DNA of 64,000 bases, from NCBI GenBank assembly GCA_002104945.1, contig MCFH01000017.1, forward strand, positions 434,001 to 498,000, read 5' to 3'. Shown here piece after piece: positions 31,101-42,533 of this stretch. A program made the position numbers and the translations under genes. The notes below the pieces were generated by a model, which was not told where the DNA came from, searched no databases, and saw only the letters and a program-made list of their open reading frames with translations. This DNA comes from Piromyces finnis finn (taxonomy: Eukaryota > Fungi > Neocallimastigomycota). Numbering within the stretch: the first letter of the stretch is position 1; every line of letters starts with the position of its first letter.

Positions 31101-31631
31101 AATTAGATATTCTAATTACACTATAGTTGGAAGTGATGGAAAGAATTACAATGTTGATGGTGAAGTAAGTAACATATATAACCCCTATTTGATATAACAT
31201 TATTATTTTATAATATTGTATAAATAACATATTATTTTCTCTTTAAAAAAATCAATAAATTTTAATAATTTATTTTTTTATTATAGTTTACTCTTAATGA
31301 AAACATTTCTGATAATGGTGGTGTTGACCGTGCTTACGAAGCTTGGAAAATTTCTATGGAAAATGATGCTTTAAATGCCAAGCAACGTAATAAGATTCTT
31401 CCAGATTTCACTCAATATACCAGAGATCAATTATTCTTTATCTCATTTGGTCAAATTTGGTGTTCAAAAATGAGACCAGAAGTTGCTGTTCAATACTTAT
31501 CTAAAGATAACCATGCTCCAAGTGAATGGCGTGTTAAGGGTGTCTTAAGAAACTCAAAGCATTTCGCTGAAGTTTTCAACTGTCCAGTTAACTCTCCAAT
31601 GAACCCAGAACAAAAGTGCTCCATTTGGTAA
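28121..31631 (+). CDS. Multi-exon M13 family zinc metallopeptidase (neprilysin/ECE-like), secreted
   Basis: Signal peptide; VDPCDDFYQYACGGW (~28640); VGHELTHAFD (HExxH at 30744-30758); ENISDNGG (~31300); HAPSEWRVKG and C-terminal CPVNSPMNPEQKCSIW. Many short AT-rich introns. Confidence 0.95.
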
Positions 31632-32079
31632 ATTAATTCATAAACAGGAAGAAAAATGAATATATTTAAATATTCATATTAAAGAAAAAAAATAATATTT
31701 TTTTTAATTTTTTACAATATTTTAAAATATATTTATTTTAAAGTATTTTAATAAAATTTAATTGTATATTTAAATATAATGAAATAAAATTATTATTAAC
31801 TAGTATATTATTATAATTATATAATAGTTAATGATAAAAACCAATAAATAATAAAAAAATAAAAGCTATTTAAAATAAAAATAAATCTTATTTATTTTAA
31901 CTATTTTCATTTATCTAATTTGATAATTTGATGTAATATCCTAAGTAAGTAGATGAAATAAAAGATTTAAGATGAACATACTATTTTTTTACATTTTCAA
32001 AAATTTTATGGAAAATGGAAATAATATGATAATAATATTATAATAATATTATTCTTAATAAGAAAATTTAGTTAGAATG

Positions 32080-32790
32080 ATAAAGAATTCAAAGTTGCAA
32101 GAGTGATGTTCAAAATATTAAGCATTAGTTATTAGATTGTCCAACATTTAGAGATATCCATATTAAACATTACATTTCCATAGTCCAGCTATTAAATTTT
32201 TTCAGTCAACGTAATTCCAACAGTCCTATCAATAATAATGAAAATGTTAATATTAGTAGAGATAGCAATATTATTAATAATAATAATAGTAACAATAGTA
32301 ATATTAATAATAATTTTAATAATAGTAGTAATATTAGTAGTAATATTAGTAATGATAGCAATAGTGAAGATAATAATTCTAATTTAGATAGTAATTTAGT
32401 TGATAATAGTAATAGTTCTATTAATGTGTATGATTATTCTAGTGTGTGCAATAAAATATTTAAATTCCTTCTTGGGGGAAGAAGTTTTAACAATATCAAT
32501 TACAATTCAAGGGAATGGAAAGAACTTTGCGAGTGTCAGATTCAATCTGGCATTTACGAAGGAACACATATTCTTGACGGTAACCGCGTAACTACTAACC
32601 AAAATCATGCCTTTTGCTATTGGCTAGTAATGGTCAATGATCAAAAGGTTTGAAACAACAGCCACTAGCGTCAATGCTGAAGAAACAGTAAGACAGGCTA
32701 GGAGGGCCAGCGCAACCAATGGAGACCATAATTTTGTCCCATGATAAAATTTTGATCTTTGACTCAGTGTCCATTGGAAGTCAAATACAA
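32080..32790 (+). mobile_element. 3' remnant of a non-LTR (LINE-like) retrotransposon ORF2
   Basis: C-x8-H-x4-C knuckle (CKSDVQNIKH*LLDCP, from 32096) in frame with the 32426-32653 ORF, followed by a GC-richer putative 3' UTR. Confidence 0.5.
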
Positions 32791-32930
32791 TTAGTATAAT
32801 AGTGGCTTTATTACCTTAATTAAAATTACTAGAATACATTATACCCAATTTTTATTCATTTGTGTTTACTTAAGCATATTTTTTTTATTTTTTATATTTA
32901 ATTTTTTATATTACATGTATTATTAATTTT

Positions 32931-33049
32931 AATTTAATTATTTTTTTTTTAACAGCATCAAATATTTTTAAACTTTATTATTAATTTTAATTAAATTAAT
33001 AATAAAGTTTAAAAATATTTGATGCTGTTAAAAAAAAAATAATTAAATT
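32931..33049. repeat. Perfect inverted repeat, ~57-bp arms
   Basis: The arm containing AACAGCATCAAATATTTTTAAACTTTATT is mirrored by AATAAAGTTTAAAAATATTTGATGCTGTT. Confidence 0.95.
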
Positions 33050-33258
33050 TAAAAAAAAGTGTTTCTAATAAAACGATTTTTATTATTTTTTATAAATCAA
33101 TTTTTACAAAAACTATTAACTTATAAATATATTATATCGAAAGATAATGTAATCTTTTTTATTTTTGGTTTACTTTGTGATAAAGAACTACAATTATTAA
33201 AAAGTAATAATTTACATATTTTTAATACATATTCTAACAATAATCTACATATTTTACA

Positions 33259-33415
33259 TATTCTAGCAATAATAAAACTAAATTAAACTTTAATATTTTA
33301 TGTTTCTAATTGAAAATATATTTATTTTTATGTAAGTATTCTAGCAATAATAAAACTAAATTAAATTTTAATATTTTATATTTCTAATTGAAAATATATT
33401 TATTTTTATGTAAGT
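33259..33415. repeat. Tandem duplication, ~78-bp period
   Basis: TATTCTAGCAATAATAAAACTAAATTAAA...TTTTTATGTAAGT occurs twice with few mismatches. Confidence 0.9.
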
Positions 33416-33619
33416 CTTATTATACTTTAATGGTTGTAATACAAATCTGGTATATTGTTGATTATCTTCCTAATTAATAGGGATCGTATTAATAACAATT
33501 ATTAAAATGCTTTATCATAGAAACAAGATATAATTATAAAATAAAATAAATATTTTATTACTATTTAATATTTTATGTTTTTAAATAATTTATATTATAT
33601 ATATAAAAATAATATGTGA

Positions 33620-35352
33620 CTTGAACATATTATTATATTAGTAATTTTTCCTAATATTAAATTTATATAGTTTTATTATAATATTAATTGTTTCTACAAT
33701 GTACAAGAATGTAATGAAAATGTATGACAAATGTAATATCATGTAATGTAAAAGAATAATGTAGATGTAGGATCCATATAGTTCCAGCTTATAATTGGAC
33801 AATTAGATGATTTATACTTTATCTTAGATTTTGGAAGGATTTAGCCAGGGTTTCTAGCCAGAGGAAATTTGACCTCTAGTAAAATTTCAGCCAGACAAAA
33901 ATTAAAGCAGGCAGAAATTTCTGGCAAAAAATCTAAGACACAGTATAAATCCTAGTTTTTAAGTCTCTTACCCATTTTATAAGCAAGCTCATTTTCTCTA
34001 CCACTTGAACAACTCTTAACATAACATTCTTGAACATATTATTATATTAGTAATTTTTCCTAATATTAAATTTATATAGTTTTATTATAATATTAATTGT
34101 TTCTACAATGTACAAGAATGTAATGAAAATGTATGACAAATGTAATATCATGTAATGTAAAAGAATAATGTAGATGTAGGATCCATATAGTTCCAGCTTA
34201 TAATTGGACAATTAATTATTAAGTAAGCCTCATTAGTATAAATAGACTATAATAAATATTATTAAAAAGGGCTTCTTGTTTTAGTTAGAATTTTAATATT
34301 TGACAACGACAGAATGTCTTAGTATTTAGACAGAATAGAAATATTGGAACGTAATAAATAAAATTATTAATAAAACATATATTATTTAAAGTTTAATTCT
34401 TTCTACATAAAATTAACCCGTATCAATATTTAAATCACATTATCAATATATTTACATTATATTAAATACATTTTACTAATTAATAAAGTTAATAATAAAA
34501 TTGAAATTTTCTAACATTCCCCTTCAAACTTGATTTCATTTGAAATTCAATGTTTGGAAGTTTTGTTTTAATTTATAGTAGAGTAGGCCAAAAAAAATAA
34601 AAAAAAATAAAAAAAATTATTTTTCTACTTTAAAATCTAAATTTCAGTTATATTGTAATAAATGCAATAAAATAAATGATATTTTTAATTTATTTATTTT
34701 TTTACTTTAAATTCTAAATTTCAGTCAAATTGTAATAAATGTAATAAAATAAATGATATTTTTAATTTATTGTTTTGCAAAGATTTTGACGGTGAAATTT
34801 AAATCTTTTGTTAGTGTGTAAGCCAACATTTCATTTGTATTTTTTGTATTCTAGTTTAATTCTTTTGCTTGTAATATTGTCTTTATTAAAGTAATAAGTA
34901 ATATTTTATTGAAATATGTTTAAGTTTTGGGTTGGCTTCTCCATTTTCGATAGTTGCTTTGCTTGATTTATTGTCTGTGAATAATAATAACTATTTTTTG
35001 ATTGAACTCCTTATCCATAAGGCCTTTTTAACACATTCTGAAGTACTGATATATTCTGCTTCTACAGTTGATGTAGCAACTATGGATTATTTTTTTGAAA
35101 ACCAGCAAATGGGAGAATTCCCCATAAGTATTATATGACCAGATGTAGATTTTCTACCTTTTGTGTCCCTCGCAAAATTGCGTCTGTATAAGCTGTAATA
35201 AATCTTTTTCCATCATGCTTCAGTTTATAATTAATGGTGTTGAGTAAGTATTTTAAAATAAGAAGAATACAGTGACAGTCTGAAACAGGATGGTTTTCAC
35301 AAGATCGAACAGCTTTATGTACGGCAAAAGAATAGACAGGTTTGGTGCCGTA
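33620..35352 (-). mobile_element. Ty1/copia relic (RT C-terminus, RNase H, PPT, 3' LTR)
   Basis: Minus strand reads GTKPVYSFAV..., RKSTSGH, SIVATSTVEAEY and NEMLAYTLTK. PPT GAAGGGGAA (34525-34517) precedes an LTR starting TGTTAG at 34516. Confidence 0.8.
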
Positions 35353-35968
35353 TGTAATGCTGAGACAGAAAGAATAGATTAGGATATCTATTCTATTACA
35401 ATAACACAAAATTTAAAATAAAATAAAAAATTGTTTTATTAAAAATATCTTTTATTATAATAGAAATTTTATTAATAACAATTACATTGATAAAAATGAT
35501 GAAAAATATCTTCTATTTATATTTTTCCTAAATACATTTATATTATATTATAACTATTTATTTCTTATATATTATTATTTAAAACCTACACTAAAATCTT
35601 AATTATTAATCGAATATTTAAACTATAACTATTTTAGTAAAATTAAATAGGCAATTCAAATCAAATACTATTTAATTTGAATATGTGCCCATGTATTATT
35701 TATATATTAATCATTTATTATTTATATACTATTCATCTTTTTCTATCAAAAACAATACTAAAACTAAGAAATTAAATTGAGAAATTTAATTTATTTGTAA
35801 AACATTAAAAATAAATTAATAATTTATTTTGTTTCAAACTTTAATTATTAATAAATAAATTATGTCTCATTTTCTTTTTCTGTAATATAAATTGTATAAC
35901 TTAAACAATAATACTTGTGGCTAAAGTTACATTAAAGATATCAAGCTGAGGCGTTTGATATCTTTACA
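35353..35968 (-). repeat. LTR of family A (TGTAA...TTACA)
   Basis: Near-identical to 42534-42660 plus 48629-49119; TATAAATA at 35521-35514 on the minus strand. Confidence 0.92.
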
Positions 35969-37380
35969 ATCTCTCTAAGTCGAGCTCCTGCGAGATTAAT
36001 TTATAGGGAATCTTTTCTCGAAGGAATTTCAATTACAAATGGTTGGTATCTGTGCTTGATTAGATTACCAACTTTATTCTTTTTAATTTTCATGGAGGTG
36101 TCGTTCGACTTATGTTTTGACTTTTTAGAGTTTCTTTCAAACTCTTGTACTAATTGTTTATCTGGAATCTGATCTTCAGAAATCCAGGTGGATTTGTTAA
36201 GTTTTTGGGTTTGGTTATGCGGCCAGGTCAGAATGTTATTAATTATATAGTAAAAATGTTTTTTAAGAAATTAAATTTAATTATAAAATAACACCTTAAA
36301 CTCCCAAATGAAAAATGAAAAATTTATATTTACTTTAAAATAACTTTTTATAAATTTTTTATTTATTTAATAATAATATAAATGATATTATAAGTAACTA
36401 TATAATTAAGATTATAACTATAATCTTTACAAAGAATTAAAATCGAATTCAATTCATTCTCTTTTATATTCTTTGTTCAGATTATTAAATTGATATTAAT
36501 AAGAATAAAGTATTACATGTAATATATTAGTAATATAATTAAATAAGTAATAAGATTGTTTGTTTGTTTGTTTGTTTGTTTGTTTGTCATGACATAAAAT
36601 AAAATAAACATATGATTAATCATTTAAACAGTTGATCCTAATTAGTAATTATAAAAACTATTCAATTAATAATTCATCATTATTAATTGATATTACCATA
36701 ACATATTTGTTATAACTAAATAATTATTATTTTCAAAATTATTTCTAATAAAACTTGCCGTTAACCTATTTTATAATAATTAAGATTATTTAATTTATAG
36801 GTATTAACTGTTACACCTAAATGGGTCTAGTTCTATTTTTAGTAACAATCGTTATCATTAATTAAATTAATATAACTAAAATTCCTATTGATATATTTTT
36901 AATTTCATCAAGTCATAAGAAATATTTATGATCCATACTTGATATCATATTGATTTTAATTTACCTAATAAAATCTTTAAATGATCATAACTTCCTTAAA
37001 TGATCAGTTAGAAGGACCGCGATTGTACCAAATTGTAGCTTTCTTCCTAAGCTTTCCAATAAACCTAGTTTCATCACCGTAGCACTTACAGCCGTAGCGA
37101 TCGTTTTTGGCGAGTTACACCTTATTTCGTACTTGCTTATTTTTGGTTAAGGGTTATAGTATATTGATATTAAATTTTTGAAATCATAACCCTTTCACTG
37201 AATCAAAATTTAAAAGGTGACTTTTAAAAGTGTTTTAAAATAATTATTGAAATTATTTAATTATAATTATTATGTTTAATTAATTATAGATATTATCTGA
37301 ATTTGTTTTAAATCCAGTTAATATCTTCACAGGATTTGTCAAATCCTTTCCACGATAACTTATAAAATTTTTCACCACTA

Positions 37381-37815
37381 TGTAACGAATCATAGAAATA
37401 AAGAAATTGTCTTAGTGGTTAGTAACTAAGACTTTGGTCCGAATGTCTTGAGTTCGAGACTTCTAAATTACTTTTTTTTATTTTATTTTTATTTTAATTT
37501 TTTATTTTGATTTTTTATCAACTCGAAATTCTTTGATTGGTTAAGAAATTTAAGTTATAAAAAATCTTTTAGATTAATTTTAAAAATTTTTATATAAATA
37601 CGAGTGGATTTTTCTAAATTTAAAAAAAAATTGAGTTTTTATTAATTAATAAATTATTGTTAAACACTAACCTATTAAGTTAAAAAATTGTGTGTTTTTA
37701 ATAATAATTTTAAATATTAATAATTAACAGTAAGATAAAAAGTGTTTTATATTTACTAAGTTATTTTAGTAAATTGTTATAAATTTTTTTATTGTTAAGA
37801 ACACATTTCTTTACA
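37381..37815 (+). mobile_element. Solo LTR inserted in the integrase C-terminus/chromodomain of A
   Basis: TGTAA...TTACA termini with 5-bp TSD CACTA (37376-37380 and 37816-37820). Removing it restores ...KMKSVSGEKFYKLSWKGF. Strand inferred from a TATA at ~37591. Confidence 0.9.
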
Positions 37816-40800
37816 CACTAACGGATTTCATCTTCTCAATTTTCTCTGGGATTTTTTCAATCAAATCTGTGTTAAGGTGAATATTTCTCTTCCTACGATT
37901 AGATCTGTCGTTAAACTCGTTTACAAAGTATGGTTCTAACAATGAGACATGAAAGACTGGATGACATCTCATTGTCTTTGGAAGTTTCAATTTGAAAGCG
38001 AGAGAACTAACTTTTCCAATTATCTCAAATGGACCAAGCATTTGAGGTGCTAATTTCTTCTTCAAGTTAGTTCCCGGAGAATCTTTCAATAACCATACCT
38101 TCTTTCCCACTTCGAACTCCGGAGGAATCATTCTTTTCATATCGGCATATTTTTTATATGTTTCTTTTGCTTTTTCTAAATTTTCTTTTAATAATTTAAA
38201 GTTTTCATTCATATCAATTACTCTTTGTTCAGCTCTACTAGGTCTATCATTAGCTGGAATTTCTAAGCTGAACTTTGGATGAAAACCATAATTAGAAAAG
38301 AATGGGGATTGATTTATAGATTGTTGTAAAGTATTATTATATGCAAATTCAGCAAATGGGATAAGATCAACCCAATTATTTTGCTTTTTATTTATAAAAC
38401 AACGGAAATATTGTTCTAATATGCCGTTCACCCTCTCCGTTTGACCATCTGTCTGCGGATGGTTAGCAGTTGATAATGAATGATTGATATTAAGAAGATC
38501 ACAAAGTCTTGACCAAAAGTCAGAAGTAAATTGCGAGCCTCTATCAGAAATGATGGAATCAGGAAGACCATGCAAACGGAAGACATTAGCAATAAAAACA
38601 TCAGCAGCAATCGAAGCAGTAGGAAGACAACGTAAAGGAATGGCGTGAGCAAATTTAGTAAATCTATCGACAACAATCATGAGAGTTGTCATATCTCTGG
38701 ACTTAGGAAGATCAACAATAAAATTAATAGAAATATCAGACCAGGGCCTACTGGGAGTGTCCAAAGGGGATAACAATCCATAAGGCTTATGTCTGGGGAC
38801 TTTGGATTTGCAACAAGTCACGCAAGATTTGATAAAAGATTTAACGTCTGAATGAAACCTTGGCCACCAAAAGTTTCTGGAAATCAGTTCAGTGGTTTTC
38901 TTAATACCGAAATGACCAGCAGCAACAGAATCATGATGAAGTTCCAAAATCTTGTCCTAAGAGATTTAGGAACATAAATAAGATTATTATATAACAAAAA
39001 TCCTTCATTATCAATAATAACTTTATCAATATTTTTAATAGGTGCATTACATGCAGAACCATTCATTTTAAATTGGACAATAGAATTATACAAATCGTCA
39101 TTTTTAAGTTCTAATAAAATAGAATCGATTAACGGTTTATTATCGCTATGATGAAGCGAAATAGTAAGACAAGAAACATCAGAATTAATATTATTTACTA
39201 AATGGTCACTTCTACGAGACAGGATATCAGGCTTACCAGCTCTATAAATGAGTTTAAAATCAAATCTGGATAAGAACAAATTCCATCTAATTTGTCTCTG
39301 AGATAACATTTCAGGTTTTCTAGGAAATGTTAAATTCTTGTGATCAGTATAAATTATGAACGGATGGCGTGCACCTTCTAAATAATGACGCCATTCTTCA
39401 AGAGCAACTACAATAGCTAAAAGTTCCTTGTCATATATAGGATAGTTTCTTTGACAACTCGTCAAACTTTTAGAAAGAAATGCAATAGGATGTAATTTGC
39501 CATCAAATTCTTGAGAGAGAATAGCACCGACAGCATAATTACTAGCATCAGTTTCTACAATAAATTGATTATTACTATCCGCATGTTTCAGAATAGGAGC
39601 TGACGTGAACAGAGATTTTAATAAAATAAAAGCGTCCTAATCTTCTTTCACCCAGTTAAAAGCAACATTCTTTCTAGTGAGTTTGTGAAGAGGGTTTGCA
39701 ATTTTAGCAAAGTCTTTAATAAAAATTCTGTAATAGTTGCATAAACCAATAAAAGACTGAACCTCTTTAACATTCTTGGGAACCGGCCAATCGAGAATTG
39801 CTTTAACTTTATTCTCATCCATTTGCAATCCATCCTTTGAAATGACATAACCAAGAAAAGTGGTTTTCTCAACATCAAACTCACATTTTTCTAATTTAAC
39901 ATAAAGATTATTTTCAAGTTATTTCTTAAGTACCTTTTTAACATGCTCATGATGTTCTTCGATATTATTAGAATAAATAAGAATATCATCAATATATGAG
40001 ATAACAAAATCGTCTAAATAGTCACTAAGGACATCGTTAATGAAGTGTTGAAAAGTTGCAGGTGCATTCTTTAATCCAAAAGGCATAACTAGATATTCAA
40101 AATGTCCATATCTAGTACAAAAAGCCGTTTTGTATTCATCACCTTCTTTAATACGAACAAGATTATAAGCGGATTTAAGGTCTAATTTAGTAAAAATCTT
40201 AGCATTTTTCACCCTATCCAAAAGGTCACTAATTAAAGGTAAAGGATATGAATTACGAATGGTAATATCATTCAACTTTCTATAATCGATACAAAGTCTT
40301 AGGGAGCCATCCTTCTTTTTAACAAATAAAATTGGGGCACCAGCAGGAGACGATGATTTCCTAATAAAACCTTTATTTAAATTATCATCAATATATTTTT
40401 TAAGTTCCTCTCTTTCAACTTCAGTTAATGGATACAAAGGTCCATAAAATAAAGTCGAATCATCTTTAAGTTTGATTTCACAATCATAAGGTCTATGAGG
40501 AGGTAACACTTCACAATTTTTTTCATTAAACACTTCACTAAATTCTAAATATTGGGTTGGTACGGCGACCAATTTATCTTTATTAATATCTTTTCCATTA
40601 TTATTATTATTACTACATGATTCATTATCATTATTACATGTTTCATTAATTTTTGTTACAATACATTTAACTTTTTTATTAAAACTAATATATTCATCAT
40701 CGCTATCATCTTCATCATTGATGGTTCTAACAAGGCGGCCTTTAACATATTCTTTTTCTTCATTGTTTGGGACAGAGGGATCTACTTTCGGCTTTTTGGT

Positions 40801-42162
40801 CAAGCTTCGGTCGAGAACATCATGATCTAACTGATCATCCTTTGACTTCTTTCTTGGTTTTCTCTTTCTTTTGCCTTTATTACAATGTCTGGCACAATAA
40901 CCAGAACTAAAAGCGATTTTCTTAGAGTCGTAGAAAGCATTTGGATTATGCTTCTTTATCCACGGCAAACCAAGAATAACATCAACACCGGGGACTTGTA
41001 ATCCATAAAGTTGAATTACTTCGAAGTGATTTTTGCAACGGAGCATGCACTTCTCAGTCCTTTCCCAAACACTAACAACTCCATCACTAACACCTGAAAC
41101 ACGGAATGGTTCCACTTTTTCCAAATTAATACCAAGTTCTTCAGCAAGACTTGGATTAATGAAATTTAATTCAGAACCCGAATCAATTAAAACCTTAATT
41201 TTAACTTCCGAGACTTCATTGGTACTTAAGTAAAAGTCCACAAGGTTTAAATCACTTTTCACTCCCTTGACTCCAACTTTGTAAATTTTTGGATTAACAA
41301 TTTTTGGAGTCCTTTCTTTCACAATTCTTAACACTTTTCTGGACTTTACTCTATTAGGACAATTAAACTTTAAATGTCCTGGTTGTTTACAAAGAAAACA
41401 TAACCCCTTTTTCTTTTCTTCTTCAAAGTTGTCTATGTTTTCATTGTAATTTTTACTTGATCCTTGGATATTCACATACCTTTTGCGTTTATTTTCTCTA
41501 CTAATTCTAAATACATCCACATCCATAGGATCGTTAGCCCTTCTACCATTAAAATAAAATTCACTTAGAGAATTCCTTTTCATCATATCTTCAACTAAAA
41601 TAGTTGAAGAAATCAATTGTTCAATTGAAGTTGGGTTTGATTCAATGAAAGCCAACTTCTCCCTAAGTGGTGGTAATAAACCTTTCAGAAACATGTAGAT
41701 TTTTGCGCTGTCATTAAAGCTTGAATTTTGGCTAATACGTTGAAACTCGGTAATGTAATCTAATACCTGACCAAGTTTCCTTTGGCGAAGATTATCTAAT
41801 TTACCGTTAGCAACAACGGTATCATATCTATAACTGCCAAAATTAGCCTTCAACCTATCTACAAATTCATCATAATGGTTTAAAACCCCACTATTATTCT
41901 TCATCAACACTGAAGCCCATTCCAAAGGTTTACCAGAGAAGTATGATATAACAAAGTCGACCTTGACTCGATCTGTATTATACAGTGTCGGTCGAGTACG
42001 AAATACCAACTCAACTCTGGTTAAAAATCCATCCAATTCTCTTTGTTTACCAGAAAATATCGGTAGAGCATTAATAATGTTCCCCGAATTCCCAGAAACA
42101 CCCACAGTCCTATCACCCATCTCTAAATTTAAACTTTCAAACTCACTAATTAAGGCCTCCAA
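37816..42162 (-). pseudogene. gag-pol of element A (single gag-PR-RT frame, then frameshifts)
   Basis: 747-aa ORF with gag, [25 protein letters not shown] and YIDDILIY; RNase H (39465-38884); integrase with SDRGSQF, HPQTDGQTERVN and a GPF/Y motif. Confidence 0.95.
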
Positions 42163-42522
42163 CGTAAACTATTAAATAAAATAAAAAATGTTTTCTTACT
42201 ACTGTTTCAAGTAAGTAATCTTAATTTTTTTTTTTTACACTAATACAATCTATTTAAATACAAAAGTTATTCAAACGCGTTCTGCAAAGCAGTGTCGAAC
42301 AAGTTTTGTATCTATATATTGATTCCTTCGGCTATAGTAGCTGTAGAATTCCTTTAACTAGGGCAGCAACAGAGTTTAACCTATAATTGTTTCAGTAATT
42401 CTTCTTCTATGGTAGCAACCAAGTTCTTCTATAAATTCTTCTTCTGTGGTAGCAACCAAGTACTTCGGTAGATTCTTCTTCTGACAGTAGTAGATATCCT
42501 AACGTACTCTTGAAGTAGTTAG

Positions 42523-42533
42523 GTAATTGTTAT
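42523..42533 (-). promoter_or_regulatory. Putative self-priming primer-binding site ATAACAATTAC
   Basis: Abuts the 5' LTR end and is exactly complementary to GTAATTGTTAT inside the LTR, ~29 nt downstream of the TATA box. Confidence 0.75.
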
